Below are positions 25,594-34,331 of a stretch of 52,950 bases of DNA, piece after piece. The notes under the pieces were generated by a model that worked only from the letters and a program-made list of their open reading frames with translations, did not search any database and had not been told where the DNA came from. Position 1 is the first letter of the stretch. Each line of letters opens with the position of its first letter. The stretch lies in NCBI GenBank assembly GCA_036554965.1, contig DATBMG010000026.1, positions 1 to 52,950 of the forward strand, given 5' to 3'. The position numbers and the translations under genes were made by a program. This stretch comes from Burkholderiales bacterium. Its GTDB lineage: Bacteria > Pseudomonadota > Gammaproteobacteria > Burkholderiales > SHXO01.

Positions 25594-28088
25594 TGCGGGC
25601 TCCCCTGGAGCGCGCGCTTCCACCACGGCCTTTGCGCGGCGGCCGCGTCCCGGCCGATCTTGGCCGGCGGCGGGTCGTCCACGCCGAGCAGCTCCATCAC
25701 CTTCGCCGGGGTGAGCGGCAGTTCGATCTGCGCCACGCCCAGCGCATCGGCCACCGCGTTGGCGATGCACACCGGCGTGCTCATGCTGTTGCCTTCGCCG
25801 ATGCCCTTCGCGCCCAGCGGGGTGAACGGCGAGGGCGTCTCGAGGTGCAGGATCACCGGGTCGGGCACTTCGCAGGCAGTGGGCGGCAGGTAGTCGGCGA
25901 ACGTGGCGGATTGGAAAGCGCCGTCCGGCGCGTAGCGCAGCTCTTCCAGCAGCGCGGCGCCGAGCGCCTGCGCGAAGCCGCCGCGGACCTGGCCGTCGGC
26001 GAGGGCCGGATTGAGCAGCCGCCCGGCGTCGTGGCAGGTGACGTAGCGATCGAAGCGCACGCGCCCGGTGACGCGGTCCACCTCCACCGCGCACAGATCG
26101 AACGCGAACCCGTAGGCGGCCGAGGTGTTGATCTCGTCGCGCTCGGTGGGTGCCGCGAGAGGCTCGGGCGTCCAGAACACCGTTTCGCGCAACCCCGGCT
26201 CCAGGCCCTCGGGAAGCTGACCCGGCGACCAGTGCGCGGCGCCCGCCAACCGGCCGAAGGGGACCGCGTTGCCCGGTGCGGTTTCGGCGAACACCTCACC
26301 TTGTTCGAAGCGCACTGCATCCGGCTTGCAGCCGAATTGCGCCGCCGCCATGCGCGCGATCTTGTCGCGCAGCTTCACGGCGGCCAGCTGCAGGGTGCCC
26401 GCCACCGCGCCGGCGAAGCGGCTGGAGTAGTTGCCTTCGGCCACCGACCACGCGTCCTTCTGCGTGTCCAGCTCGACGTTCACGGTGATGTCCTCGGGCC
26501 GCAGCCCGAACACGTCGGCGAGCACCTGCGCCGCGGCGGTGATGTGGCCTTGACCTTGCGGCACCGAGGCGATCACGGCGCTCACGCTGCCCAGCAGATC
26601 GATGCTCACCGTCGCGGAAGCGATGGCCCCGTCCTTCGGCCCGGCTTTGGCGCGCTGCTCGGGTGTGAGCACGGTGGTGATGTAACCCATGTTGGAGATG
26701 GACGGCTCGACGATCGCCGCGAAACCGATGCCGTACAGGCGGCCTGCACGCCGCGCGGCGTCTCGTCGCGCGATCAACTCTGCAAGTCCGCCCGCGCCGA
26801 TCGCGCGCTCGAGCGCCGCCTGGTAGTCGCCCGAGTCGAGCAGTGCACCCGCCGGCGCGCGGTAGGGAAAAGCGTCCCGCGGTACGAAGTTGCGCCGGTA
26901 CACGTCCAGCGGGTCCAGGTTCAGCTCCACCGCGATGCGCTGCATCAGCCGCTCGAGAGCGAAGTACACTTGCGGCCCGCCGAAGCCGCGCACCAGGCCG
27001 GCCGGTGTCTTGTTGGTGAGCACGACGCGGTTGCGCACTTCGAGATGGCGCGCCGCGTATGCGCCGGTCAGGCAGCCGTGCATGCGGTAGAAGGTCGCCG
27101 GCTCGGGCGCGCGCAGGTATCCGCCGACGTCGTCGCACTGATCGTAGCGCAGCGCGCGGATGCGGCCATCGTGCTCGACCGCGGCCTCGATCGTGGTCAG
27201 CCGCCCAGTGGAAGAGGTCGCCGCGAGCAGGTGCTCGAGGCGGTCCTCCACCCACTTCACCGGCGCGCCGGCCTTGCGCGAGGCCAGGCACATCAGCACG
27301 ATGTAAGGGAACAACGACTGCTTCACGCCGAAGCTGCCGCCGGAATCGCGCGGGGACTTCAGGCGCAGCCGCGCGCCCGGCACCTTGAGCGCCAGCGCCA
27401 TCACCGCGTGCAGGGAGTACGGCCCCATGAAGTTGGAGAGCACTTCGTAGCCCTCGTCGCCGGGCAGGTGCTCGGCGACTACCACGCCGCATTCGATGGG
27501 CGTGCACGAGTTGCGCGGGTAGCGCACGGTGAGGCTCACTCGGTGCGGCGCCGCGGCGAACGCGGCGCCGGGGTCGCCGTAGCGGAAGCTGCGATCGCTG
27601 ACGACGTTGGAGCCGACCGCCGGATGCAGCAGCGGCGCATCCGGCGCCAGCGCATCCTCGATGGCCACCGCGACCGGCTGCGGCCGGTAGGAGACCTGGA
27701 TCAGGTCGAGCGCATCCTCGGCCAGCGCCCGGTTCTCCGCCACCACCACTGCCACCGGCTCGCCCGCGTAGCGCGCCCGGTCCATCGCCAGAGGCCAGTG
27801 CTGCATGGGCTGCTTGACGCCGACCACGAACGGCGCGGCCCAGGCTTCTACGTCTTCGCGGGTGAGCACCGCGCGCACGCCGGGGGCACGCAGGGCGGCG
27901 CCGATGTCGATGGCGTCGATCGCGGCGTGTGCGTGAGGCGAGCGCAGCACCGCGGCGTGGAGGGTGCCGGGCTTGACGCCGAGGTCGTCGGCGAAGCGCC
28001 CGCGGCCGGCGAGCAGGGCCTCGTCCTCCAGCCGTTCGACCGACTGGCCCAGATGGTCGCGCGGCGCGGCGGGTCCCGGTTGCTTCAC
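25590..28088 (-). CDS. Molybdopterin-binding large subunit, xanthine dehydrogenase/CoxL family
   Basis: 832 aa with a GTG start. GQSVERLEDEALLAGRGRFADD N-terminus, GGSFG and VRGFGGPQ motifs. It lacks the CO-dehydrogenase form I loop (AYxCSFR). Confidence 0.9.
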   Translation of the reverse strand: MKQPGPAAPRDHLGQSVERLEDEALLAGRGRFADDLGVKPGTLHAAVLRSPHAHAAIDAIDIGAALRAPGVRAVLTREDVEAWAAPFVVGVKQPMQHWPLAMDRARYAGEPVAVVVAENRALAEDALDLIQVSYRPQPVAVAIEDALAPDAPLLHPAVGSNVVSDRSFRYGDPGAAFAAAPHRVSLTVRYPRNSCTPIECGVVVAEHLPGDEGYEVLSNFMGPYSLHAVMALALKVPGARLRLKSPRDSGGSFGVKQSLFPYIVLMCLASRKAGAPVKWVEDRLEHLLAATSSTGRLTTIEAAVEHDGRIRALRYDQCDDVGGYLRAPEPATFYRMHGCLTGAYAARHLEVRNRVVLTNKTPAGLVRGFGGPQVYFALERLMQRIAVELNLDPLDVYRRNFVPRDAFPYRAPAGALLDSGDYQAALERAIGAGGLAELIARRDAARRAGRLYGIGFAAIVEPSISNMGYITTVLTPEQRAKAGPKDGAIASATVSIDLLGSVSAVIASVPQGQGHITAAAQVLADVFGLRPEDITVNVELDTQKDAWSVAEGNYSSRFAGAVAGTLQLAAVKLRDKIARMAAAQFGCKPDAVRFEQGEVFAETAPGNAVPFGRLAGAAHWSPGQLPEGLEPGLRETVFWTPEPLAAPTERDEINTSAAYGFAFDLCAVEVDRVTGRVRFDRYVTCHDAGRLLNPALADGQVRGGFAQALGAALLEELRYAPDGAFQSATFADYLPPTACEVPDPVILHLETPSPFTPLGAKGIGEGNSMSTPVCIANAVADALGVAQIELPLTPAKVMELLGVDDPPPAKIGRDAAAAQRPWWKRALQGSPQ

Positions 28089-28295
28089 GTTGCGCGTGGT
28101 CTCCCCTGACGGTTGCCCGCAATCATAGCGATGTTTGGGGCGGTCTTCGGGCCGTCTTTGGGGGTCGCGACCACCGGCCGCCCGCGCGGCGGCCGGGGCG
28201 GGCGTTCACGACACGACTAGGCCGGGCAGCGCGGCGAAGTGAACGACGTCGAACCGCCGGCGCCCGGCAACCGGTCCAGCTCGCAGACGTGCGCG

Positions 28296-28880
28296 CTAGC
28301 GCGCGCGCCCGGCCTCGGTCGCCTGCTTCACCTCGACCAGCCGGCCGTTCTTCACGTCGTAGATGTAACCGTAGATCGGGATCTCAGCCGGCACCAACGG
28401 ATGGCTGCGGATGCGCTGGACGTCCTCCAGCACGCTCGCCTCCAGGTTGGCGATGGTGAGCCACTTCACGAACTTGCCGTGCACCGAACCGGGGCCGGGG
28501 CCCACGTCCTTCCAGCGCATGTCGGCGTCGAGCACCGCGGTCTTCAGGCTCTTCTCCAGCAGGCCGCCCATCACCTCGTCGGTGAACAGCTCCATGCCGC
28601 AGTTGGTGTGGTGGATCACGAACCACTCGCGCGTGCCAAGCAGCTTGTAGGAGATCACCAGCGAGCGGATCGCGTCGTCGCTCGCGCGCCCGCCGGCGTT
28701 GCGGATCACGTGGGCATCGCCCTCCTTCAGGCCGGCGAACCGCGCGGGTTGCAGGCGTGCGTCCATGCAGGTCAGGATGGCGAACTTCCTCGCCGGGGGC
28801 AGGGCCAGCTTGCCCTTGTCGCCGAAGGACGCGGCGTAGGCCTCGTTGGCCGTAAGGACTTCTTTCAGGATCGTGCTCAT
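28296..28880 (-). CDS. Beta-class carbonic anhydrase (clade D-like: Rv1284 / COS-hydrolase-like subgroup)
   Basis: Zn-ligand motifs CMDAR and HHTNCG. Overall similarity to the short beta-CA subgroup. Confidence 0.85.
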   Translation of the reverse strand: MSTILKEVLTANEAYAASFGDKGKLALPPARKFAILTCMDARLQPARFAGLKEGDAHVIRNAGGRASDDAIRSLVISYKLLGTREWFVIHHTNCGMELFTDEVMGGLLEKSLKTAVLDADMRWKDVGPGPGSVHGKFVKWLTIANLEASVLEDVQRIRSHPLVPAEIPIYGYIYDVKNGRLVEVKQATEAGRAR

Positions 28881-29141
28881 CGCTTACCTCCTCGGTTGGG
28901 GTGCGCCCGCCCCAGGATAGTGAGCCGGCCGCCCCGGGCCAACGAACTATTCGGTCGTTGCTTATCGCTGAGGGATATATGCGGGCCTTCTCCTGCCGCG
29001 AGCCATACGCGGCCAACGGCCGGTGGGTGAATGTTCACGACACAGGAGGGCAAGAAGTCACGGCTGCAACGGCGCGAGGGGTCTACAGTCCGACCATGCG
29101 CCTCGGCTCATCCGCCGGACGCCAATTGCAAGGAGGCCATC

Positions 29142-29336
29142 GTGTATCCACCGCAAGACATCGGAACGGTTCGAGGCGAGCTGGTGCACCGGGCGCTCGC
29201 GGGGCAGCGTGTCCGGCTGGCGCATTCACGCGGCTCGGCCGCCGTGGACCAGAACCTGCGCGAACTGCTCGACCAGGCGCATGCCCGCATCCGCTTCCTG
29301 GAGCAGGCGATCCGGCGGCTGACGACTGCGCTGTAG
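29142..29336 (+). CDS. Small hypothetical protein (64 aa, predicted C-terminal helix)
   Basis: GTG at 29142 preceded by AAGGAGG, in the frame of ORF 29031..29336. No recognisable family. Confidence 0.3.
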   Translation: MYPPQDIGTVRGELVHRALAGQRVRLAHSRGSAAVDQNLRELLDQAHARIRFLEQAIRRLTTAL

Positions 29337-29462
29337 CCGGGGGCGCTGGATTGCGTCTGCGCGCGAGCAGCCGGTCCACTCGGCTGCCGGGGACGCGGCG
29401 CGAAAGGCATAATCCTCCCGTCGAAACTCCCATCGGAGCGGCGCGGCCGCTCGCTCCTGAAA

Positions 29463-29957
29463 ATGGAAGAAGCATTGGACGGCGGGCTGAAAAGCCTGAT
29501 GGCGCGCTTTGCGAGACCGGGCAGAGTGGAGTGGATCGGGCTGCGCCCGCGCTATCGCGCGCCCGTCGAAGCCGTGCAGACTGCGAATGCCGTGTCGGGG
29601 TTCGGTCTGACCGGCGATCACCGCGCGATCCGAGGCGGCGGCCAGCGACAGATCACTCTGATCCAGGCCGAGCATCTTGCCGTGGTCGCCGCGACGTTGG
29701 GCCGCGAGGCGATCGACCCCGCGCTGCTGCGGCGGAACATCGTGGTCGCCGGCATCAACCTGCTGGCCCTGCAGGATCGCGAGTTTCGCATCGGCGACGC
29801 AGTGCTCCTCGGCACCGGCCCGTGCGCGCCTTGCTCGCGTATGGAACAGGCGCTCGGGCGCGGCGGGCTCAACGCCATGCGCGGCCACGGCGGCATCACG
29901 GCGAGCGTCGTGACGAGCGGCACGATCCGGTTGGGAGATTCGGTCCAGCCGGTGTGA
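29463..29957 (+). CDS. MOSC domain-containing protein
   Basis: 164 aa. GLTGDH...ITLIQAEHL...GPCAPCSRME is the MOSC beta-barrel with its conserved Cys. Confidence 0.85.
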   Translation: MEEALDGGLKSLMARFARPGRVEWIGLRPRYRAPVEAVQTANAVSGFGLTGDHRAIRGGGQRQITLIQAEHLAVVAATLGREAIDPALLRRNIVVAGINLLALQDREFRIGDAVLLGTGPCAPCSRMEQALGRGGLNAMRGHGGITASVVTSGTIRLGDSVQPV

Positions 29958-30037
29958 GCGCGCCGGCTGGACGCGTGGTACGGTTGCATTTTCCGATCCG
30001 TACCCGCCGGCTGCTTGCCGCCAGAAGGAGACTCGAC

Positions 30038-30931
30038 ATGCGGAGACCTGTGCTCGACACGGCAAGAGCCTGCTTTTCCGTCGTAATCGTCGTGTTGCTT
30101 GCGGCCCTGCCGTCAGGCTGTGTGTCTCCCTCGGGGAAGCTGGACACCTCCGGCATGTCGTTCTCGTCCGAGCCGCTGATCGGCAAGATCGTGTGGAATG
30201 ATCTGATCACCGAGGACATCGATGCCGCGCGCCGCTTCTACGGCGAGCTTTTCGGCTGGACGTTCGAGAGCACGACGCGGCCCGGCGGCCGGCCTTACAC
30301 GCTGGCCCGTTCGGGGAAGGTTTACGTGGCGGGGATGTTGCAGGTCGATGCGCGAGCCGACGGCAAGAGGTTGTCGCGCTGGTTACCGTACGTGTCGGTC
30401 ACGGACGTCGACAGTGCCGTCGCCCGTGCAGCGGCGGCGGGCGCCGGCGTCGCCGTGGGCGCGCGCGATGTCAGCCTGGGACGGGTGGCGGCGATCGTCG
30501 ATCCGGAGGGCGCGGTGATCGGTCTTGCGAGAAGCCGTATCGGCGACCCCGACGATTCGACGACGGCACCTGGTCCGGGCCGGGTCGTGTGGACGGAGTT
30601 GCTCGCCAACGATCCACAGACGGCGGCCGGGTTCTATCGCTCCGTGGTGGGTTACGAGGTCCGCACCATCGCGCGGCGCGGCGGGCAGTATACGTTGCTG
30701 ATGAACCGGGGAAGCGATCGCGCCGGCATCTTCAAGAAGCCGGCGGACGAAATGCAATCCGTGTGGCTCACCTATTTCGGGGTCGACGACCCGGCGGCGG
30801 CGGCCGCGCGCGCCCAGGCTCTGGGTGGCAAGGTATTGCTGCCTGCGTCGCCACAGCTGCGGGAGGGCAGCATGGCCGTCGTTACGGATCCGTCCGGTGC
30901 GGTATTGGTACTTCAGAAGCTGGCAAGCTAG
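30038..30931 (+). CDS. VOC (glyoxalase/bleomycin-resistance) family lipoprotein, two VOC repeats
   Basis: In-frame ATG at 30038 after AGGAG. Lipobox LPSGC. Two repeats of the VOC pattern (FYGELFGWTF... and FYRSVVGYEV...). Confidence 0.8.
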   Translation: MRRPVLDTARACFSVVIVVLLAALPSGCVSPSGKLDTSGMSFSSEPLIGKIVWNDLITEDIDAARRFYGELFGWTFESTTRPGGRPYTLARSGKVYVAGMLQVDARADGKRLSRWLPYVSVTDVDSAVARAAAAGAGVAVGARDVSLGRVAAIVDPEGAVIGLARSRIGDPDDSTTAPGPGRVVWTELLANDPQTAAGFYRSVVGYEVRTIARRGGQYTLLMNRGSDRAGIFKKPADEMQSVWLTYFGVDDPAAAAARAQALGGKVLLPASPQLREGSMAVVTDPSGAVLVLQKLAS

Positions 30932-30946
30932 ACGAGGGGTATCCCG

Positions 30947-31099
30947 ATGCGCGGAATCAGAATCACGGGGTGGGTCTTGCTGTTCTTGTCGGCGTTGTCC
31001 CTGAGCGGATGCTCCGGCTCGGTGGGCGTCGGACTGAGTGTCGGCGTTCCGGTCGGAGATCACGGCTACATAAGCGTCGGCGGCGGTCGCTGGCTCTGA
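30947..31099 (+). CDS. Small putative lipoprotein (50 aa), below the ORF-track length cutoff
   Basis: My own translation: MRGIRITGWVLLFLSALSLSGCSGSVGVGLSVGVPVGDHGYISVGGGRWL*. Lipobox LSGC, GAGGGG about 10 nt upstream, TGA at 31097-31099. Confidence 0.45.
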   Translation: MRGIRITGWVLLFLSALSLSGCSGSVGVGLSVGVPVGDHGYISVGGGRWL

Positions 31100-31265
31100 T
31101 CGGCGATCGAGGGGCGAGGCCGGAGATGTCGCAGCCGGAACCCCGGTAAACGTTGGGACTGCGGTTCGCGGCAACTTCAGGCGAGCCGCACAGGCGGCGT
31201 ACCTGCAAAGAACGCCGGCGCCTGCATCAAGTCTGCAGGCTGCTTCGCTTGCAACATGCACAACC

Positions 31266-32696
31266 ATGCAAGCGACCTCTCTCGCCCTCGATCACCTGCT
31301 GCGCGCCGTCGGCGATCCCGTCGCGGAGTTGCGCGATATCGGCCCCGGACACCCGGAGTTCAATCGAGCGCAGACCATCCGTGCCGCAGCCGGCGTCCTG
31401 GCAAAGATCCCGGACGCTTTACCCGCGATCGCGCAGGCGATCCGAACAGATGGCGCCGTATCGCGCGAGACGCGCGCCCACCTCGCCGCGGCCGAGGCGT
31501 GGCTGACCGGGGACCCGGCTCTCGCCGCCGAACGTTACGCGTCCATCTTGAACAGATGGCCGCGCGACCTGCTGGCGCTGCGGCTCGCGCAGTCATGCTA
31601 CTTCTTCCTCGGTCGGCACGACCGGCTGTGCGCGGTCGTCGATGCGGCAATGCCTGCATGGCGACCCGATCAGCACGGCTTCGGTTTCCTGCTTGCCATG
31701 GCCGCATTCGCGCACGCGGAAAACGGCGACGCGGCGTACGCCGAAGCGCTAGGGCGCAAGGCGCTGGCGCGCGACCCCGCCTGCCCGGTGGGCGTGCACG
31801 CGGTGGCGCACGCGATCGCCGAGTCCGGGCGCCCCGGCAAAGGCGCGCAATGGATGCGCGAGCAGCGCGCCCAATGGGCCGGAGACAGCCGCATGCGTAC
31901 GCACAACGCCTGGCATCTGGCCATGTTCGATGCCGACGAAGGAAACGTCGCATCGGCGCTCGGCATCCTGGATGCCTGGTTGCTGCCCGCCAGTGCGCGA
32001 TCCGCGCTCGATGCATGCGATGCCGCCGCCCTGCTGTGGCGCCTGACCACCGATGGGGTCGACGACGACGGCCGCTGGCGCAGCGTTTCCGACGCCTTCG
32101 ACCGGACGGTGACACCGGGATTCTGGCCGTATGTCGACCTGCATGCGGGTCTGGCACATTTGATCGCCGGGAAGCACGAGCGCGCGCAAGGGCTCGTGCA
32201 TGCGATCGAGCGATGTGCGCAAGGCGGCGACTACACCGCCTTGCGGGCGCGCAACATCACTCGGCCGGGATTGCGGGCGCTCGGCGCCTGGGCCCAAGGC
32301 CGCTATGCCGAGGCCGCCGGGCTGTTCGCAGGCTTGCGGCCATTCCTCGACGCCGCCGGGGGAAGCCGCATCCAACTGGAGCTTTTCAAGAGCATCGAGC
32401 GCGAGGCCGCCGGTCGGCAACGCGCTCGCGACTGCGAGCAATCTCAACCATTCTCTACAGAGGAGCAAACCATGCCGCTCATCAGCGTGAAACTCATCGA
32501 AGGCGTTTTCACCGAACCGCAAAAGAAGCAGATCGCGAAGTCCTTGACCGACGCGCTTGTCCAGATCGAAGGCGAAGCCATGCGCTCCGTCACCTGGTGC
32601 GTCGTCGAGGAAGTGAAAAGCGGAGACTGGGCCATCGGCGGACAGCCGTTGACCACCGCCGACGTGAAGGCGATCTCCGCACGGAAGGCAGCCTAG
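31266..32696 (+). CDS. TTC38-like tetratricopeptide-repeat protein ORF that continues in frame into the tautomerase gene (no intervening stop)
   Basis: 476-aa continuous ORF. The first roughly 400 aa resemble the TTC38 family (WPRDLLALRLAQSCYFFLG, HNAWHLAMF). The last 74 aa are a complete 4-OT unit. Confidence 0.65.
   Translation: MQATSLALDHLLRAVGDPVAELRDIGPGHPEFNRAQTIRAAAGVLAKIPDALPAIAQAIRTDGAVSRETRAHLAAAEAWLTGDPALAAERYASILNRWPRDLLALRLAQSCYFFLGRHDRLCAVVDAAMPAWRPDQHGFGFLLAMAAFAHAENGDAAYAEALGRKALARDPACPVGVHAVAHAIAESGRPGKGAQWMREQRAQWAGDSRMRTHNAWHLAMFDADEGNVASALGILDAWLLPASARSALDACDAAALLWRLTTDGVDDDGRWRSVSDAFDRTVTPGFWPYVDLHAGLAHLIAGKHERAQGLVHAIERCAQGGDYTALRARNITRPGLRALGAWAQGRYAEAAGLFAGLRPFLDAAGGSRIQLELFKSIEREAAGRQRARDCEQSQPFSTEEQTMPLISVKLIEGVFTEPQKKQIAKSLTDALVQIEGEAMRSVTWCVVEEVKSGDWAIGGQPLTTADVKAISARKAA
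32472..32696 (+). CDS. 4-oxalocrotonate tautomerase family protein (74 aa), internal start in the same frame
   Basis: MPLISVKLIEGVFTEPQKKQIAKSLTDALV... has the canonical Pro1 beta-alpha-beta 4-OT start. GAGGAG lies 7-12 nt upstream of the ATG at 32472. Confidence 0.75.
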   Translation: MPLISVKLIEGVFTEPQKKQIAKSLTDALVQIEGEAMRSVTWCVVEEVKSGDWAIGGQPLTTADVKAISARKAA

Positions 32697-33676
32697 CGGC
32701 TGCGCGCTGCCCGCCGCCGCCAGGTGGCGGGCGGCAGTCCGAACTGTCTCTTGAACGCCCGGTTGAACGCGGCTTCGGATTCATAGCCGACGTCCGTAGC
32801 AACCCGGATGATCGCAACATCGCTGTCGCGCAGTCGCGTGGCGGCGAGTGAAGTCCGCCAGCGGGCGAGGTATTGCATCGGCGGTGCACCGATCAGCGCG
32901 CTGAACCGCTGGCTCAACGCGGAGCGAGACAAGCCGACCTTCCCGGCGAGCTCATCCACGGTCCAAGGGTATGCCGGTTGCTCGTGCAGCAGCGATAGCG
33001 CCCGACCGACGTAACGATCCCGCAGACCCGCGAGCCACCCGGACTGGCCCGGTGGCAGCTCGTCCATGTAGTGACGAACGGCTTCGGCGAAGAGCACTTC
33101 GGAAAGGCGCGCCAGCACGACCGCCGAGCCGGGGCGGGACGACGCACTTTCGAGAACCGAGTAGCGGATCGAGCTTTGCACCCAGGCGGCGGTGCCGCCA
33201 TCGCGCATGCTGACCTTGAGCATGCGCGGCAGGCTCAGCAGGATCGGCTCGGCCAGGTGCCTGTCGCACGCGAGGAATCCGCAGACGATGCGCGTCGTTT
33301 CTCCGGCGCGGCCTTTGCGCAGCGCCGCGATCTGGCCGCGCTTCAGGAACTCGTCCAGACTTGCGCCTGTGATTTCGATCGGCTTGAGGCGTAACGCCGC
33401 CTCACTGGCCGTCGCGAGCACGTGCCGATCGCCCGCCGGAAAGAGAATCAGATCGCCGGCACGGAGCTCGACCGGACCTCCGTGGAGCAGCCGCGCGTAG
33501 CACGTGCCTTCCGTCACCAGATGGTACGGAATCACGTGATCCGCGTCCGGCATCAGCACATCGGCGATCTTCCGGGCCGGGGCGGTGAGGTAGGACCATT
33601 GGGCGCGTAATTCCATATCGAGAAACACCGCGCCCGTGAGCCGTATGGCACCCAGGACCTCGGACAGTGCATCCAT
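32693..33676 (-). CDS. AraC family transcriptional regulator (cupin-type sensor plus HTH)
   Basis: In-frame ATG at 33676. MDALSEVLGAIRLTGAVFL N-terminus and C-terminal HTH_18 (WTVDELAGKVGLSRSALSQRF...GYESEAAFNRAFKRQFG). Confidence 0.85.
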   Translation of the reverse strand: MDALSEVLGAIRLTGAVFLDMELRAQWSYLTAPARKIADVLMPDADHVIPYHLVTEGTCYARLLHGGPVELRAGDLILFPAGDRHVLATASEAALRLKPIEITGASLDEFLKRGQIAALRKGRAGETTRIVCGFLACDRHLAEPILLSLPRMLKVSMRDGGTAAWVQSSIRYSVLESASSRPGSAVVLARLSEVLFAEAVRHYMDELPPGQSGWLAGLRDRYVGRALSLLHEQPAYPWTVDELAGKVGLSRSALSQRFSALIGAPPMQYLARWRTSLAATRLRDSDVAIIRVATDVGYESEAAFNRAFKRQFGLPPATWRRRAARSR

Positions 33677-33704
33677 GTGAAGTTCATGTCGTCGTAGCTG
33701 TCTT

Positions 33705-34079
33705 TCATCCGATGGACTGCAGGAGCACTTCACGCGTCTGCGCGTCTCCGCGAGCACTGCACCGCCCCCACTCCTCTCGCTCCTCCGCGCTCAGGCTGTC
33801 CGGATGGCTGCGTCGCGCGATCGCTCGCGCCTGCTCCGGGAAGTATGTCGTCGCTCCGATCAAGACCATCGCCTCGAGCCGCTCGGGCTGCTGCGTAGCC
33901 ATGTGAATCAGCGTCAGCAGCACGAGAGGCGGTCCCTCGCCCAGCGGCCGGTAGTGCATCTGTATCCCATTGACCGGCAGGGTGCGCTCTTGAGAGGCGG
34001 CGCCCTGCCCCCAAGCCGCGACCGGCGCGACGAGCGCGGCACCGAGCGCCGCGAGTACCAGGTGTCGAGTGAGGCGCAT
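33705..34079 (-). pseudogene. Alpha/beta hydrolase remnant (internal deletion and C-terminal truncation)
   Basis: A signal peptide plus VNGIQMHYRPLGEGPPLVLL jumps straight to ...QPERLEAMVLIGATTYF. The HG oxyanion and GxSxG nucleophile segments are absent, and the ORF is only 124 aa. Confidence 0.55.
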
Positions 34080-34331
34080 GGCGTTGTGTACCGAAAGTGG
34101 TTCGGATGGCAATCTCGCAAAGCGCGTGGGCGGCTGTCGCACACCCCGCGCAGCATCCGCAGTCTAATGAGCAGTGGTATCGGAACGATTGCAGCGACGT
34201 GCGAGTTTGTAACCGCTTGGTATCGAAGTGCGTCGCGAGTTTGCCGTCGCCGGTCGCGTCTGACGGCAGCAGACCGAAAGTCTGCTGCCGGCCGATTCAG
34301 CCGTGGGATGCAGCCGGGCCGCGGCGGGCCG

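Noticed and set aside
24269-28088. Annotation as aerobic carbon monoxide dehydrogenase (coxMSL).
   Set aside because: The gene order is large-FAD-FeS rather than M-S-L. The large subunit lacks the form I CODH active-site loop, and no coxDEFG accessory genes are present. A generic xanthine-dehydrogenase-family hydroxylase is the safer call.
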